Positions 10,028 through 20,101 of a stretch of 64,000 nucleotides of DNA are shown here, piece by piece. The stretch is taken from positions 64,001 to 128,000 of the forward strand of contig JAVRCV020000008.1 of the NCBI GenBank assembly GCA_034530615.2, given 5' to 3'. The DNA is from Aulosira sp. ZfuVER01. GTDB lineage: Bacteria > Cyanobacteriota > Cyanobacteriia > Cyanobacteriales > Nostocaceae. Numbering within the stretch: position 1 is the stretch's first letter; each line of letters begins with the position of its first letter. Under the pieces are notes generated by a model. That model was not told the DNA's origin, did no database searches, and saw only the letters and a list, made by a program, of their open reading frames with translations. The position numbers were made by a program, and so were the translations under genes.

Positions 10028-11818
10028 ATGACGCTCCCAATTCGTAACGTCGCCATTATTGCCCACGTTGACCACGGCAAAACCACCCTGGTTGATGCAC
10101 TCCTCAAACAGTCCGGCATTTTCCGAGAAGGTGAAGACGTTCCGGATTGCGTTATGGACTCCAACGCCCTAGAACGGGAACGGGGAATTACAATTCTGTC
10201 TAAAAACACAGCGGTTCGCTACAAAGAAACCCTGATCAATATTGTTGATACCCCTGGTCACGCTGACTTTGGTGGTGAAGTTGAACGTGTACTTGGCATG
10301 GTTGACGGATGTCTTCTGATTGTCGATGCCAATGAAGGCCCCATGCCCCAAACACGCTTTGTACTAAAAAAGGCTTTGGAAAAAGGCTTGCGCCCCATCG
10401 TTGTTGTCAACAAAATCGACCGTGCCCAAGCTGACCCCCACGTTGCTGTGGATAAAGTATTAGATCTGTTCCTGGAATTAGGAGCAGATGAAGACCAATG
10501 TGATTTTACCTATCTGTTTGCCTCTGGTATGGGAGGTTATGCGAAGGAAAGTATGGAAGCAGAATCGGTAGATATGCAACCTCTATTTAATGCGATTCTG
10601 CAACACGTTCCACCTCCTGTAGGCGATATCAACAAGCCCCTACAATTGCAAGTCACAACCCTAGATTATTCTGAATATCTGGGACGGATTGTGATTGGTA
10701 GAATTCACAACGGCATCATCCGTGCTGGACAACAAGCGGCTTTAATTACAGAAAGTGGTTCAATTGTCAAAGCCAAAATCACCAAGTTGATGGGCTTTGA
10801 AGGACTGAAGCGGGTGGATATGGAAGAAGCATCCGCAGGTTATATTGTCGCTGTAGCTGGTTTCGCTGACGCCAATATTGGAGAAACAATTACAGATCCC
10901 AACGAACCGCAAGCTTTGCCATTAATTAAGGTCGATGAGCCAACCTTACAAATGACCTTCTGGGTGAATGATTCACCTTTTGCTGGTCAAGAAGGAAAGT
11001 TAGTAACATCACGGCAAATACGCGATCGCCTGCTGCGAGAATTAGAAACTAACGTCGCCTTGCGTGTTGAAGAAACTGATTCTCCTGATAAATTCTTGGT
11101 TTCTGGTCGTGGCGAACTTCACCTGGGTATCTTAATCGAAACCATGCGCCGTGAAGGTTATGAGTTTCAAGTATCTCAGCCACAGGTAATTTACCGCGAA
11201 GTCAACGGTCAACCTTGTGAACCTTACGAACTTTTGGTTCTAGATATCCCCGCAGATGCAGTTGGTAGCTGTATCGAACGCTTGGGACAACGCAAGGGTG
11301 AAATGCAAGATATGCAACCCGGTGGTAACGATCGCACCCAGCTAGAGTTTGTCATCCCAGCCCGTGGCTTGATTGGTTTCCGGGGTGAATTCATGCGGAT
11401 GACTCGTGGCGAAGGCATCATGAATCACAGTTTCCTCGACTATCGTCAACTTAGTGGTGATATTGAAGCCAGAAACAAAGGTGTTTTAATCTCCTTTGAA
11501 GAAGGCGTCTCTACCTTCTATGCTATGAGAAACGCTGAAGATAGAGGCGTATTCTTTATTACCCCAGGAACCAAGGTTTACAGAGGCATGATTGTGGGAG
11601 AACACAATCGTCCTCAAGACTTAGAATTGAATATCTGTAAGACTAAGCAACTTACCAACCACCGAGCGGCTGGTGGTGATGAACTAGTGCAGTTGCAAGC
11701 ACCAGTAGAAATGAGCTTAGAGCGTGCTTTAGAGTACATTGGCCCAGACGAATTGGTGGAAGTCACACCCCAATCAATTCGCTTGCGGAAGATGTCGAAG
11801 AAATTAGCAAAACGCTAA
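10028..11818 (+). CDS. typA: Translational GTPase TypA/BipA
   Basis: [43 protein letters not shown]-terminal [12 protein letters not shown]. Confidence 0.99.
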   Translation: MTLPIRNVAIIAHVDHGKTTLVDALLKQSGIFREGEDVPDCVMDSNALERERGITILSKNTAVRYKETLINIVDTPGHADFGGEVERVLGMVDGCLLIVDANEGPMPQTRFVLKKALEKGLRPIVVVNKIDRAQADPHVAVDKVLDLFLELGADEDQCDFTYLFASGMGGYAKESMEAESVDMQPLFNAILQHVPPPVGDINKPLQLQVTTLDYSEYLGRIVIGRIHNGIIRAGQQAALITESGSIVKAKITKLMGFEGLKRVDMEEASAGYIVAVAGFADANIGETITDPNEPQALPLIKVDEPTLQMTFWVNDSPFAGQEGKLVTSRQIRDRLLRELETNVALRVEETDSPDKFLVSGRGELHLGILIETMRREGYEFQVSQPQVIYREVNGQPCEPYELLVLDIPADAVGSCIERLGQRKGEMQDMQPGGNDRTQLEFVIPARGLIGFRGEFMRMTRGEGIMNHSFLDYRQLSGDIEARNKGVLISFEEGVSTFYAMRNAEDRGVFFITPGTKVYRGMIVGEHNRPQDLELNICKTKQLTNHRAAGGDELVQLQAPVEMSLERALEYIGPDELVEVTPQSIRLRKMSKKLAKR

Positions 11819-11841
11819 GTAAAGTTGATTAATTAATTGGT

Positions 11842-11870
11842 AAAGCCTGCATCTGCGGGCTTTTTTATTT
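11842..11870 (+). terminator. Intrinsic terminator of typA
   Basis: AAAGCCTGC-atct-GCGGGCTTT hairpin followed by a T-tract. Confidence 0.8.
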
Positions 11871-11872
11871 TG

Positions 11873-12007
11873 TGATAAGTAAGTCGGTGCAAATTATTGT
11901 CACTTGTTTGTAGTCGCGCTTTAGCGCTAAAGCGCGACTACGAGCCAAATACAGAGATTTTGCTTTTCCTTACATAGTTTGGGTTTTTCTCAACGACTTA
12001 CTTATCA
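11873..12007. mobile_element. MITE-like element with 14-bp terminal inverted repeats and an internal 32-bp perfect palindrome
   Basis: TGATAAGTAAGTCG ... CGACTTACTTATCA ends; GTAGTCGCGCTTTAGCGCTAAAGCGCGACTAC at 11910-11941; related ends at 48679-48980. Confidence 0.7.
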
Positions 12008-12071
12008 ATTTGAGAAAATTTCAAAACTTATACTACGTCAGGGTAAGGAAGTAACCTTTTCCTAATTTCGA

Positions 12072-12170
12072 TAATACTAATTCAAATAATGTTTGCGACA
12101 CATCAATATATTCTAGAGGGCAGTGCCGTGCCTCTACAATCTGTCGCATTCTTTTTTCAAATTGGTATAA
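12072..12170. mobile_element. Small dispersed repeat/MITE of the TACCAATT...AATTGGTA type
   Basis: Ends TAATACTAATTCAAA / TTTCAAATTGGTATAA with internal GCGACA..TGTCGC and TAGAGG..CCTCTA stems; related elements at 21359-21435 and 28204-28388. Confidence 0.65.
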
Positions 12171-12172
12171 CT

Positions 12173-12553
12173 TTAATTTTTTACTTTTCTCTTGGTGCTG
12201 TTTTCTAACAACAAAACTATGGCGATGCCTATTGTATAAGCAATTATATCTTTCCAATCAAATGTACTTCCTAACGCAACAGCTATAATCTTATATTTTT
12301 GCCATCCCAATTTACTTACAAAATTAAAATATTGCAGAATTTCAATAATATAAGAAAATACAAAAACTGAGAGAGCTACGATGGAGGAACTTATCTTACA
12401 AAAAGCTCTCACAAAACAATAAATTAGTATAACTACTAAAACATCACCAATAAAAGGACGGATGAAACCGTCATTGATAAAAACAGCAATATATACCTCT
12501 AATAAAAATAATATGAGCGTGAAGTAGAAGTATTTTTTGTTGAAAGTAAACAT
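12173..12553 (-). CDS. DUF2809-family membrane protein
   Basis: FIRPFIGDVLVVILIY, IEILQY, LGSTFDWKDIIAY pattern; four TM helices. Confidence 0.8.
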   Translation of the reverse strand: MFTFNKKYFYFTLILFLLEVYIAVFINDGFIRPFIGDVLVVILIYCFVRAFCKISSSIVALSVFVFSYIIEILQYFNFVSKLGWQKYKIIAVALGSTFDWKDIIAYTIGIAIVLLLENSTKRKVKN

Positions 12554-12765
12554 AGTAATAGATATACTATTCTCTTGATTGCAATATATATAAATCCGAT
12601 AGAATCAGCTTTCATAAGCTAGAATTTTTCAATTACAATATGCTAAAAAATGTAATGGAAAATTCTCTGAGAGGCGAATACCTAATCTAACACCAAGTTT
12701 TCAAACCGCAAGAAACGGGTGGTTTTTGATCTACACCGTCTGTAAAGTAGGAAAATGCAGATGGG

Positions 12766-13656
12766 GTGAATCATGTAACGATGAATAGTATAGATGTCTC
12801 TGGCAGTAAAGATTACAGCCGAATTGCTCAAGCGATCGCATTCATGCGGCAAAACCACCTGATCCAACCGGATTTGGCAACTGTGGCACAGCAAATAGGG
12901 CTGAGTGAGTATCATTTCCAACGATTATTTACCCAATGGACGGGTATCAGCCCCAAAAGGTTTTTGCAATATCTCACTGTGGAATATGCCAAGTCAAAAA
13001 TTATCGAGACTAAAAGCCTTTTAGACTTAACTCTTGATGTGGGCTTGTCGAGTCCAGGACGATTACACGATTTGTTTGTGAACTTAGAAGCAATGTCTCC
13101 TGGTGAGTTTAAGGCAGGAGGAGCAGGTTTGCAAATTCGTTATGGCATTCATGACACCTTATTTGGTAAATCTCTAATTGCTACAACCTCTCGTGGTGTT
13201 TGTAACTTGTATTTCTTAGATACCGCAGATGAGCAGATTGCCGAGCAAACACTGCATCGCTCATGGAAAAATGCGGAAATTATCCACGATCAACAAACAA
13301 CCCAACCCTTGCACGACCAGATTTTTAACCCCAATAGCTTGAATATTGATAAGCCATTAACACTCCTAGTCAAGGGTACTAATTTTCAGATTCAAGTTTG
13401 GAAAGCACTTTTGCAAGTACCATTTGGGGGTATGACAACTTATCAAAAAATTGCTGAAATGATTGGCCGCCCAACTGCTGCTAGAGCCGTGGGTAATGCT
13501 GTGGGTAATAATCCCATCGCTTATATCATTCCATGTCATCGCGTGATTCGAGAATCAGGGGAAATGGGCGGCTATCACTGGGGTTTGGAGCGTAAAGCAA
13601 TCATGTTGGGTTGGGAAGCTAGTCGTACAATCTGCAATGATTCTAGTAGAAGCTGA
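12766..13656 (+). CDS. Ada-like AraC HTH + methylated-DNA-[protein]-cysteine S-methyltransferase
   Basis: LSEYHFQRLF..WTGISPK AraC HTH; GTNFQIQVW, AARAVGNA and active site PCHRV. Confidence 0.93.
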   Translation: MNHVTMNSIDVSGSKDYSRIAQAIAFMRQNHLIQPDLATVAQQIGLSEYHFQRLFTQWTGISPKRFLQYLTVEYAKSKIIETKSLLDLTLDVGLSSPGRLHDLFVNLEAMSPGEFKAGGAGLQIRYGIHDTLFGKSLIATTSRGVCNLYFLDTADEQIAEQTLHRSWKNAEIIHDQQTTQPLHDQIFNPNSLNIDKPLTLLVKGTNFQIQVWKALLQVPFGGMTTYQKIAEMIGRPTAARAVGNAVGNNPIAYIIPCHRVIRESGEMGGYHWGLERKAIMLGWEASRTICNDSSRS

Positions 13657-13786
13657 AGTCTGAACTACTCGTTCATCCCAAAATAAAATCCCCCAGAGGC
13701 TAGCTGAGGGATTTACCAGGAACGCGAATTGAGAACAATATACAATACAATTGTACTATACACGGATAAGTTTGTACTCAAAGAAA

Positions 13787-15343
13787 TTAAACGTAACCAA
13801 TATCCTCAAGCATGGCTAAATGCTGCTGTACAGGTGCTAGCGTATTTGCAGCAATCATTCCACTAGCGGCGACTGCTGGTAAACCAATACCTGGAAATGT
13901 CGAATCGCCACAACACAGAAATCCTGGTAAGGGTGTCTTAGGGCCGGGAAACATTGCCACTCCTGCTTTCAGCGCTGGTCCATAAGAACCGCGATCGCGT
14001 CTTAGAAAACGTTCATGAGTCAGAGGTGTACCCACCAGCGTAATTTCGCAACGAGAGCGAATATCTGGAATAATGCGCTCTAAAGCTTGCCACATCACTT
14101 CTGCACGTAAACGCTTTTGTTGCGCATATTCTTGGCTTTTTCTGTCCATTCCCTGCCAAAGAGCATACGGTTCATTACCAGGAGTGTAAACATGAATTAC
14201 GTGCTTACCTGGTGGTGCTAGAGATGGGTCAAGAATTGATGGAATTGATATCAGTACAACATTCTGAGGTGCTGTCACGCCCAGTTCCCAGTTATTGACT
14301 ACTATGTAGTGACAAGCCAGATTTGGCGGTAAGCCTTGGGCATCAATACCTAAATGCAGATGCATGAAGCTATCACACTCAGGTGTAGCTTGTCTTTGAT
14401 TCCGGTACTTTTGGGGAATTGCCTTTTCTGGTAATAACTTCAGTGTATCCCAAACAGATGTACCAGAAATTACCGCTTTTTGTGCCCGAATTTCTTGGCG
14501 ATCGCGCAGACGCACACCTACCGCCCTACCTCCTTCTACCAGCACTTGTTCTACATGAGCGCCAAGTATCAATTTACCGCCGTGTCTCTCCAGTCCCTTA
14601 ACTAAGGCCTCAACTAAAGCACCACTCCCACCAATCGGATAGTCAAGTTGTACTCCTGGGCGATACCAATCAGCAAACATGAACGCTACTTCTGCTGCAC
14701 TCGTACCATCTGCGGGTAAACCAGAGAGTAAAAAACAAAGCAAATTCAGCCAATTTTGAATAAAAGGGTCTTTAACAACACCATCCATAATTTTACTGAA
14801 AGGGCCAGTCAGCTTCAGCACATTTGCACTATGCTTTGCCAACGATGGAGCAAATCGGCTCACTGTTTTCACTGCACCCCAATCAAAGCGCAATGCTGCT
14901 GGTGATATTGCTGTTGCAGCACTAGCTAGAGGTTCCATAACGCGCTGGAGTTGTCGCCATTCCCTCACCGCATCTTCACCCCGCAGTCGCATCAGCACTT
15001 CACAAAATTGTTCCGCACCGACTGTTGTATCAAAATCACCTTCTGGTAGGCAGCATCCCCAAGTATCGTAAGTAACACAGGGTAACTCAGAGCCAATTGC
15101 ATCTAATACTTGTCGCAGTGGGTTAGCAGAAGGGCTGTAAGATAGCCCAGAGTACAGAGATGGGCCTGAATCAAACTTGAATCCATTACGCTCAAAAGCG
15201 TGCGCTGCACCACCAGCAATAGAGTGGCTTTCACAAACTATGACATCAAAACCATACCGCGCTAATAGTGCAGCACAACTTAAACCGCCAACACCGCTAC
15301 CAATGACGACTACATCTGTCTTTAACAAACTTGCTCTCTCCAA
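13787..15343 (-). CDS. Carotenoid isomerase (CrtH/CRTISO)-like FAD-dependent oxidoreductase
   Basis: VIGSGVGGL, FDSGPSL, SFMHLHLG, GTPLTHERF and GDSTFPGIGLPAVAASG motifs. Confidence 0.88.
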   Translation of the reverse strand: MERASLLKTDVVVIGSGVGGLSCAALLARYGFDVIVCESHSIAGGAAHAFERNGFKFDSGPSLYSGLSYSPSANPLRQVLDAIGSELPCVTYDTWGCCLPEGDFDTTVGAEQFCEVLMRLRGEDAVREWRQLQRVMEPLASAATAISPAALRFDWGAVKTVSRFAPSLAKHSANVLKLTGPFSKIMDGVVKDPFIQNWLNLLCFLLSGLPADGTSAAEVAFMFADWYRPGVQLDYPIGGSGALVEALVKGLERHGGKLILGAHVEQVLVEGGRAVGVRLRDRQEIRAQKAVISGTSVWDTLKLLPEKAIPQKYRNQRQATPECDSFMHLHLGIDAQGLPPNLACHYIVVNNWELGVTAPQNVVLISIPSILDPSLAPPGKHVIHVYTPGNEPYALWQGMDRKSQEYAQQKRLRAEVMWQALERIIPDIRSRCEITLVGTPLTHERFLRRDRGSYGPALKAGVAMFPGPKTPLPGFLCCGDSTFPGIGLPAVAASGMIAANTLAPVQQHLAMLEDIGYV

Positions 15344-15458
15344 ACGGCTGCTTCCAATTTGAATTGTATAGTTTTATGAATAGGCGATCGCAATGGCAGG
15401 CAGGGTAGAGTGTGGGGAGAAATGCCCAATGCCCCATGCCCCATACCCCATGCCCAAA

Positions 15459-16058
15459 TCACTGTGTTCTTGGGCAATAAGCAAGGTATCTTGACTGTGC
15501 ATAACCCATCAAAGGAGTTGAAATTGGCACCCAACCATTTTTTCCCCGTGCAATTACAACATTTTCGCCATTGGGTACCACTCCCACCCTGGCTGAATTA
15601 TTAGAAGGAGCTGTTCGCACCACCAACCCACTATCAGCAGCAACCTTGCGACAAAAGTTTAGCTCAGGAGGTGTTGCTACTTGTGAGGCTTGGCATGAGC
15701 TAAGAAAATTAGTATGTAATATGTAGCCCTTTACAGGAGATGAAATTGGCACCCAGCCATTTTTGCCGCGATCGCGAATCGTAAGATTCGTTCCATAATC
15801 TAAAAGACCAACTACTTGACTATCAACTGTTGGCTTTTGCAAAACAAAAAGACCATTTCTTGCCATTACCCGACGGCAGCTGCTTGAATAGCGAGCTATT
15901 AGATATTCACTCTGGTTATTTTGTAAAGCTCTTGCTGGGGTGGGAGATTTAATACCCTGGTTAACTGTATCCACAGCAAAAGAGGGTGCGATCAAAACTG
16001 TAGCAGCTAAGACTAGTGCAGTTGTTAAACTTGAGTATTCCTGATATATAAATTTCAT
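15459..16058 (-). CDS. Secreted protein with two bacterial SH3 domains
   Basis: Signal peptide; duplicated C.+V.A..GL.V...P....VG......GKNGWVPIS.P..GY units. Confidence 0.85.
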   Translation of the reverse strand: MKFIYQEYSSLTTALVLAATVLIAPSFAVDTVNQGIKSPTPARALQNNQSEYLIARYSSSCRRVMARNGLFVLQKPTVDSQVVGLLDYGTNLTIRDRGKNGWVPISSPVKGYILHTNFLSSCQASQVATPPELNFCRKVAADSGLVVRTAPSNNSARVGVVPNGENVVIARGKNGWVPISTPLMGYAQSRYLAYCPRTQ

Positions 16059-16307
16059 TTTCCTACTAAATCCTCTTTTATATTTTCCTGGATAAATAGA
16101 TGAGCTTGTGATCAGCGATTTATATCCTGCAAAATGTCGAATTTTTATACAAAAAAAGTTGTATATAAAGCTTTTGCTTTGAAAATGTTTGCTAACAATT
16201 TACATAAAAATTTTTGTTATAACATCTTTTTTAGGGTTGAATAACTCTTCATCCTAATGAAATAGATAAGTAGAAATATAAATTTTTACTCTAATTTTGC
16301 ATCGAGT

Positions 16308-16449
16308 TATAGCGGTTCCTAGTCTACTGAGGTACGAATTCATCTATATACCCTCCCGCAGTGCTGAACTCACCGCTGCGCGTCTAGATGTGTCTTTATC
16401 TTTGGTTAATTACTTCTTTCTGTACCTCACTGCGTTGGGAAACGCTATA
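16308..16449. mobile_element. MITE-like element
   Basis: Imperfect TIRs TATAGCGGTTCCTA..TGAGGTAC / GTACCTCA..TGGGAAACGCTATA. Confidence 0.7.
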
Positions 16450-16553
16450 TTTTATACAAAGATTGCTAAAAGAAAAACTATACTTCTTGATAATTTAAGT
16501 AAGTGCGTTAGCCTCTTGTAGGATGAGGCTAAATAGTTTTTAAACTCAATATC

Positions 16554-17477
16554 ATGAGTGTTATTGTTTTTGGCAGCATCAATATAGATTTAGTAGCCAC
16601 AGTCCCCCGATTGCCAATGGCGGGAGAAACATTATTAGGGCATAGCTTTGTTCAAATTCCGGGAGGAAAAGGCGCAAACCAAGCGGTAGCACTAGCCCGT
16701 TTACAAATTCCAAGTCACATGGTTGGGCGTGTAGGTACAGACAGTTTTGCATCAGAATTACTGTACAATTTGCAAAACTCTGGTGTGGAAATTGACAATG
16801 TTTCTATCGATGAAAATGCCAGTTCGGGAGTAGCAATAATCGCTGTCGATGACAAAGGTGAAAATCAAATTATTGTCATTCCTGGTGCTAATGGACGAGT
16901 CAATCAAGAAGATGTAGAGCAATTGTCTGATTTATTACCGAATAGCACCGCATTGCTTTTACAATTTGAAATTCCAATGGCTGCTGTAGTAGCTGCGGCT
17001 AAAGCAGCACGTCAAGCAGGAGTCAAAGTTATTCTCGACCCTGCACCTGCACAATCTAATGTGCCAGATGAACTTTATTCATTAGTAGATATCATGACAC
17101 CGAATGAAGTGGAAGCAGGGCAATTGGTAGGCTTTTCGGTAAATGACCAAGAATCGGCAAAAGAAGCAGCAGCAGTTTTATTACAACGGGGTGTGAAATG
17201 TGCGATCGTCAAACTCGGTTCAAAGGGTGTTTTCTGTGCCACTGCTGAAGAAAGTTTTTTTGTACCAGCGTTTCCAATTCAAGTGGTTGACACAGTAGCC
17301 GCTGGTGATGCTTTTAATGGCGGTTTAGCAGCAGCATTTTACGAAGGACTTTCTTTACATCAGGCGGTTGTTTGGGGCGCAGCTGCGGGTGCTTTGGCTG
17401 CAACAAAACCAGGGGCGCAAACTTCTTTACCTGATAGGTTAACGTTTGATGCGTTTCTGAAGGAAAGGGGTGTTTAA
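16554..17477 (+). CDS. rbsK: Ribokinase
   Basis: GSINIDL, GGKGANQAVA, PNEVEA and DTVAAGDAFNG PfkB motifs. Confidence 0.95.
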   Translation: MSVIVFGSINIDLVATVPRLPMAGETLLGHSFVQIPGGKGANQAVALARLQIPSHMVGRVGTDSFASELLYNLQNSGVEIDNVSIDENASSGVAIIAVDDKGENQIIVIPGANGRVNQEDVEQLSDLLPNSTALLLQFEIPMAAVVAAAKAARQAGVKVILDPAPAQSNVPDELYSLVDIMTPNEVEAGQLVGFSVNDQESAKEAAAVLLQRGVKCAIVKLGSKGVFCATAEESFFVPAFPIQVVDTVAAGDAFNGGLAAAFYEGLSLHQAVVWGAAAGALAATKPGAQTSLPDRLTFDAFLKERGV

Positions 17478-17520
17478 CAAACCGCAGAAGACGCAGAGAG
17501 GAGAAAATGTAACTTAATAC

Positions 17521-17716
17521 AATCGCATTGCATCCCGATGCATTAACAATGTCACTCGATGCGATCGCATTGCATCCCGATGCATTAACAATGTTACCCG
17601 ATGCGATCGCATTGCATCCCGATGCATTAACAATGTTACCCGATGCGATCGCATTGCATCCCGATGCATTAACAATGTCACTCGATGCGATCGCATTGCA
17701 TCCCGATGCATTAACA
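17521..17716. repeat. 42-bp tandem repeat (two 21-bp halves), ~4.7 copies, one HIP1 site per unit
   Basis: TTGCATCCCGATGCATTAACA at 17528, 17570, 17612, 17654 and 17696, alternating with ATGT(C/T)AC(T/C)CGATGCGATCGCA. Confidence 0.95.
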
Positions 17717-17763
17717 TAGCACGCTAATGTTTCCGGACAAAGGGGGTAGGGAGAAAAATAATC

Positions 17764-17796
17764 AATGCCCAATGCCCAATGCCCAATGCCCTATGC
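17764..17796. repeat. STRR heptamer array (CCCAATG-type)
   Basis: AATGCCC x3-4 just past the deaminase stop; similar arrays near 5146, 15421, 45488 and 52170. Confidence 0.85.
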
Positions 17797-18228
17797 TTAC
17801 TTCCCAATATCCTCATTCCATAGTTCAGGATTAGTTTCAATAAAATCACTCATCATTTTTTCGCATTCATCCAGACCGAGATCGATTACTTCTACACCGT
17901 GAGATATCATAAATTCTTTAGCACCAGGAAAAGTTCTTGACTCTCCGGCGATGACTTTTTTAATGCCAAATTGCACGACTGCGCCAGCGCACAAGTAGCA
18001 AGGCATTAAGGTTGAATAGAGTGTTGTACCTCTGTAATTACCTACTCTCCCAGCATTGCGGAGACAATCAATTTCGGCGTGGGTGACAGGATCGCCATCT
18101 TGTACGCGCTTGTTGTGTCCTCTGCCGAGAATTTTGCCGTCCTTGACAAGAACTGAACCAATGGGAATTCCACCTTCTTGCCTACCGTGTTTTGCTTCTT
18201 GAATTGCAGCTTGCATAAATTCATCCAT
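17797..18228 (-). CDS. Zn-dependent nucleoside/cytosine deaminase (yeast Fcy1-like)
   Basis: HAE and PCYLC zinc motifs; GGIPIGSVL, GHNKRVQ and C-terminal WNEDIG match fungal-type cytosine deaminase. Confidence 0.9.
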   Translation of the reverse strand: MDEFMQAAIQEAKHGRQEGGIPIGSVLVKDGKILGRGHNKRVQDGDPVTHAEIDCLRNAGRVGNYRGTTLYSTLMPCYLCAGAVVQFGIKKVIAGESRTFPGAKEFMISHGVEVIDLGLDECEKMMSDFIETNPELWNEDIGK

Positions 18229-18244
18229 TATTTAATTCTCCTAT

Positions 18245-19168
18245 ATGTCCAAACAACTTGTATTAATGGATCACGATGGTGGTGTAGATGATTATCTAGC
18301 AACCATGCTGTTGTTGACGATGGATCGTGTGGAACTGCTTGGTATTGTTGTCACTCCGGCTGATTGCTATATCCAACCAGCTGTTAGCGCTACACGTAAA
18401 ATCTTAGATTTGATGGGATTTTCTCATATCCCGGTTGCAGAAAGCACAGTACAGGGTATTAATCCTTTCCCCTATCTCTATCGCCGTGATTCTTTTATCG
18501 TTGACCATCTACCAATTCTCAATCAAAACGAAACTATTAATACGCAGTTGGTTGGTGAATCAGGTCAAGATTTTATGGTCAGGGTTTTGCGTGAAGCTGC
18601 TGCACCAGTAACCTTGATGGTGACAGGGCCGTTGACGACAGTCGCAGTCGCTTTAGAAAAAGCACCAGACATTGAAGCGAAAATACAAAAGATTGTCTGG
18701 ATGGGTGGTGCGTTAAATGTCCCTGGCAATGTAGAAAAGAATTGGGAACCAGGACAAGATGGTTCTGCGGAATGGAATGTGTATTGGAACCCCATTTCCG
18801 CAGCAAGGGTGTGGGAAAGCCAAATTGAAATTATTATGTGTCCTTTGGATTTAACTAATAATGTACCCGTGACATCAGATTTAGTACGAAAAATGGGAAG
18901 ACAACGCAACTATCCCATCTCTGATTTAGCAGGGCAATGTTATGCCCTAGTTATTCCCCAAGATTATTATTTTTGGGATGTTTTGGCAACGGCTTATCTT
19001 GGACATCCAGAATTCTATCAACTGCGGGAGTGGGAGACAGAAATTATTACCACTGGTATCAGTCAGGGACGTACTAAAGTTGTACCTGGTGGTCGGAAAA
19101 TTTATGCTATGGACAAGGTCGATAAAGATGCTTTTTATGATTATATTTTGCAGCAGTGGGCGAGGTAA
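18245..19168 (+). CDS. Nucleoside hydrolase (IAG-NH-like)
   Basis: DHDGGVDD Asp cluster, TGPLT, WMGG, AEWNVYW, PLDLT, YYFWD. Confidence 0.92.
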   Translation: MSKQLVLMDHDGGVDDYLATMLLLTMDRVELLGIVVTPADCYIQPAVSATRKILDLMGFSHIPVAESTVQGINPFPYLYRRDSFIVDHLPILNQNETINTQLVGESGQDFMVRVLREAAAPVTLMVTGPLTTVAVALEKAPDIEAKIQKIVWMGGALNVPGNVEKNWEPGQDGSAEWNVYWNPISAARVWESQIEIIMCPLDLTNNVPVTSDLVRKMGRQRNYPISDLAGQCYALVIPQDYYFWDVLATAYLGHPEFYQLREWETEIITTGISQGRTKVVPGGRKIYAMDKVDKDAFYDYILQQWAR

Positions 19169-19283
19169 ATTTTAGATTTTTAATTGAGATATTCCGCAGT
19201 TAGGCAAAAAATTTCCTCGACTTTTCAAATCCTTGTATGACAAGATTTGAGATAGTTGGTTAAAAGAGCGATCGCTCATCCAA

Positions 19284-19790
19284 CTAGTAAACACTTACAT
19301 TAAGAGTGTAGTTTAATACTCCATTGCCACTAGTTGCCTGAGTCACATCAATACCAGGCCCAGTCAATTCTACATTTACTGAAGATGATGTAGGATAATA
19401 ACGCGCAACAATTTTCACTGTGTATTCTCCCACAGAGAGATAAGGTGACAGATTAATATAAGCGCTCTTACCACGGATTTGTTTAATCACTTTGCCATTA
19501 AAGATGATCTTACCTTGTAATTGAGAGCCTGAAGTATTAATGCTGAGGATATGTGGATGACTAAGATTGTCTGCACTGAGACTAATGGCATTTTCTTGAT
19601 AATCAGATGAACTGCGAGAATTTCGGATACTAATGGCTGTGATGCTATTATCAACAGCTTGAAATTCTGGCAATTTTTGTACATTAGGAGCATTGAGTGA
19701 TGAGTATGCTGAACTCAAAATGCTCAAGTTTAATATTCCAAAAAATACCAGTGTAATTCCGAATAATGATGCTATTTGGTTGTATTTCAT
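19284..19790 (-). CDS. Hypothetical secreted beta-rich protein
   Basis: N-terminal hydrophobic signal, beta-strand-rich mature region. Confidence 0.75.
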   Translation of the reverse strand: MKYNQIASLFGITLVFFGILNLSILSSAYSSLNAPNVQKLPEFQAVDNSITAISIRNSRSSSDYQENAISLSADNLSHPHILSINTSGSQLQGKIIFNGKVIKQIRGKSAYINLSPYLSVGEYTVKIVARYYPTSSSVNVELTGPGIDVTQATSGNGVLNYTLNVSVY

Positions 19791-20101
19791 AACTCTCTAA
19801 TCCTCCTGCATGGAGTGAAAGATGGATTAAAAACTAATAATATTCGGCTAACTAATTGAAGAATTAAATAAAGAATATTTATTGCTATATATTTTTAACT
19901 AATACCAAGAAACTAACTTGGATTGTTTTTGCTAGAACACCAATTCAATAATACGAATTTTCTCAATTGCAACTACCAGGTGATTGAAACATTACTATTT
20001 GTTCCTCATCATATCGATTAACAAATTGATGTTCTAGAGACTACTTTAAATCAAGTTTTCAACTGTTGTGTAGGACTTAGTTGCAGCAATCTGAAGTATG
20101 A

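Noticed and set aside
12033..12257. 74-aa minus-strand ORF
   Set aside because: Overlaps the DUF2809 gene out of frame and runs through a dispersed repeat.
16297..16521. 74-aa plus-strand ORF
   Set aside because: Coincides with the MITE at 16308-16449; no protein-like features.
17521..17716. Possible CRISPR array (identical 21-mers at regular spacing)
   Set aside because: The intervening segments are near-identical 21-mers rather than unique spacers, and there are no cas genes or leader; it is a tandem repeat.
17314..17772. ORFs 17314-17772(-), 17514-17717(-) and 17528-17719(+)
   Set aside because: They are open only because the 42-bp repeat lacks stops, and one overlaps rbsK antisense; not called as genes.
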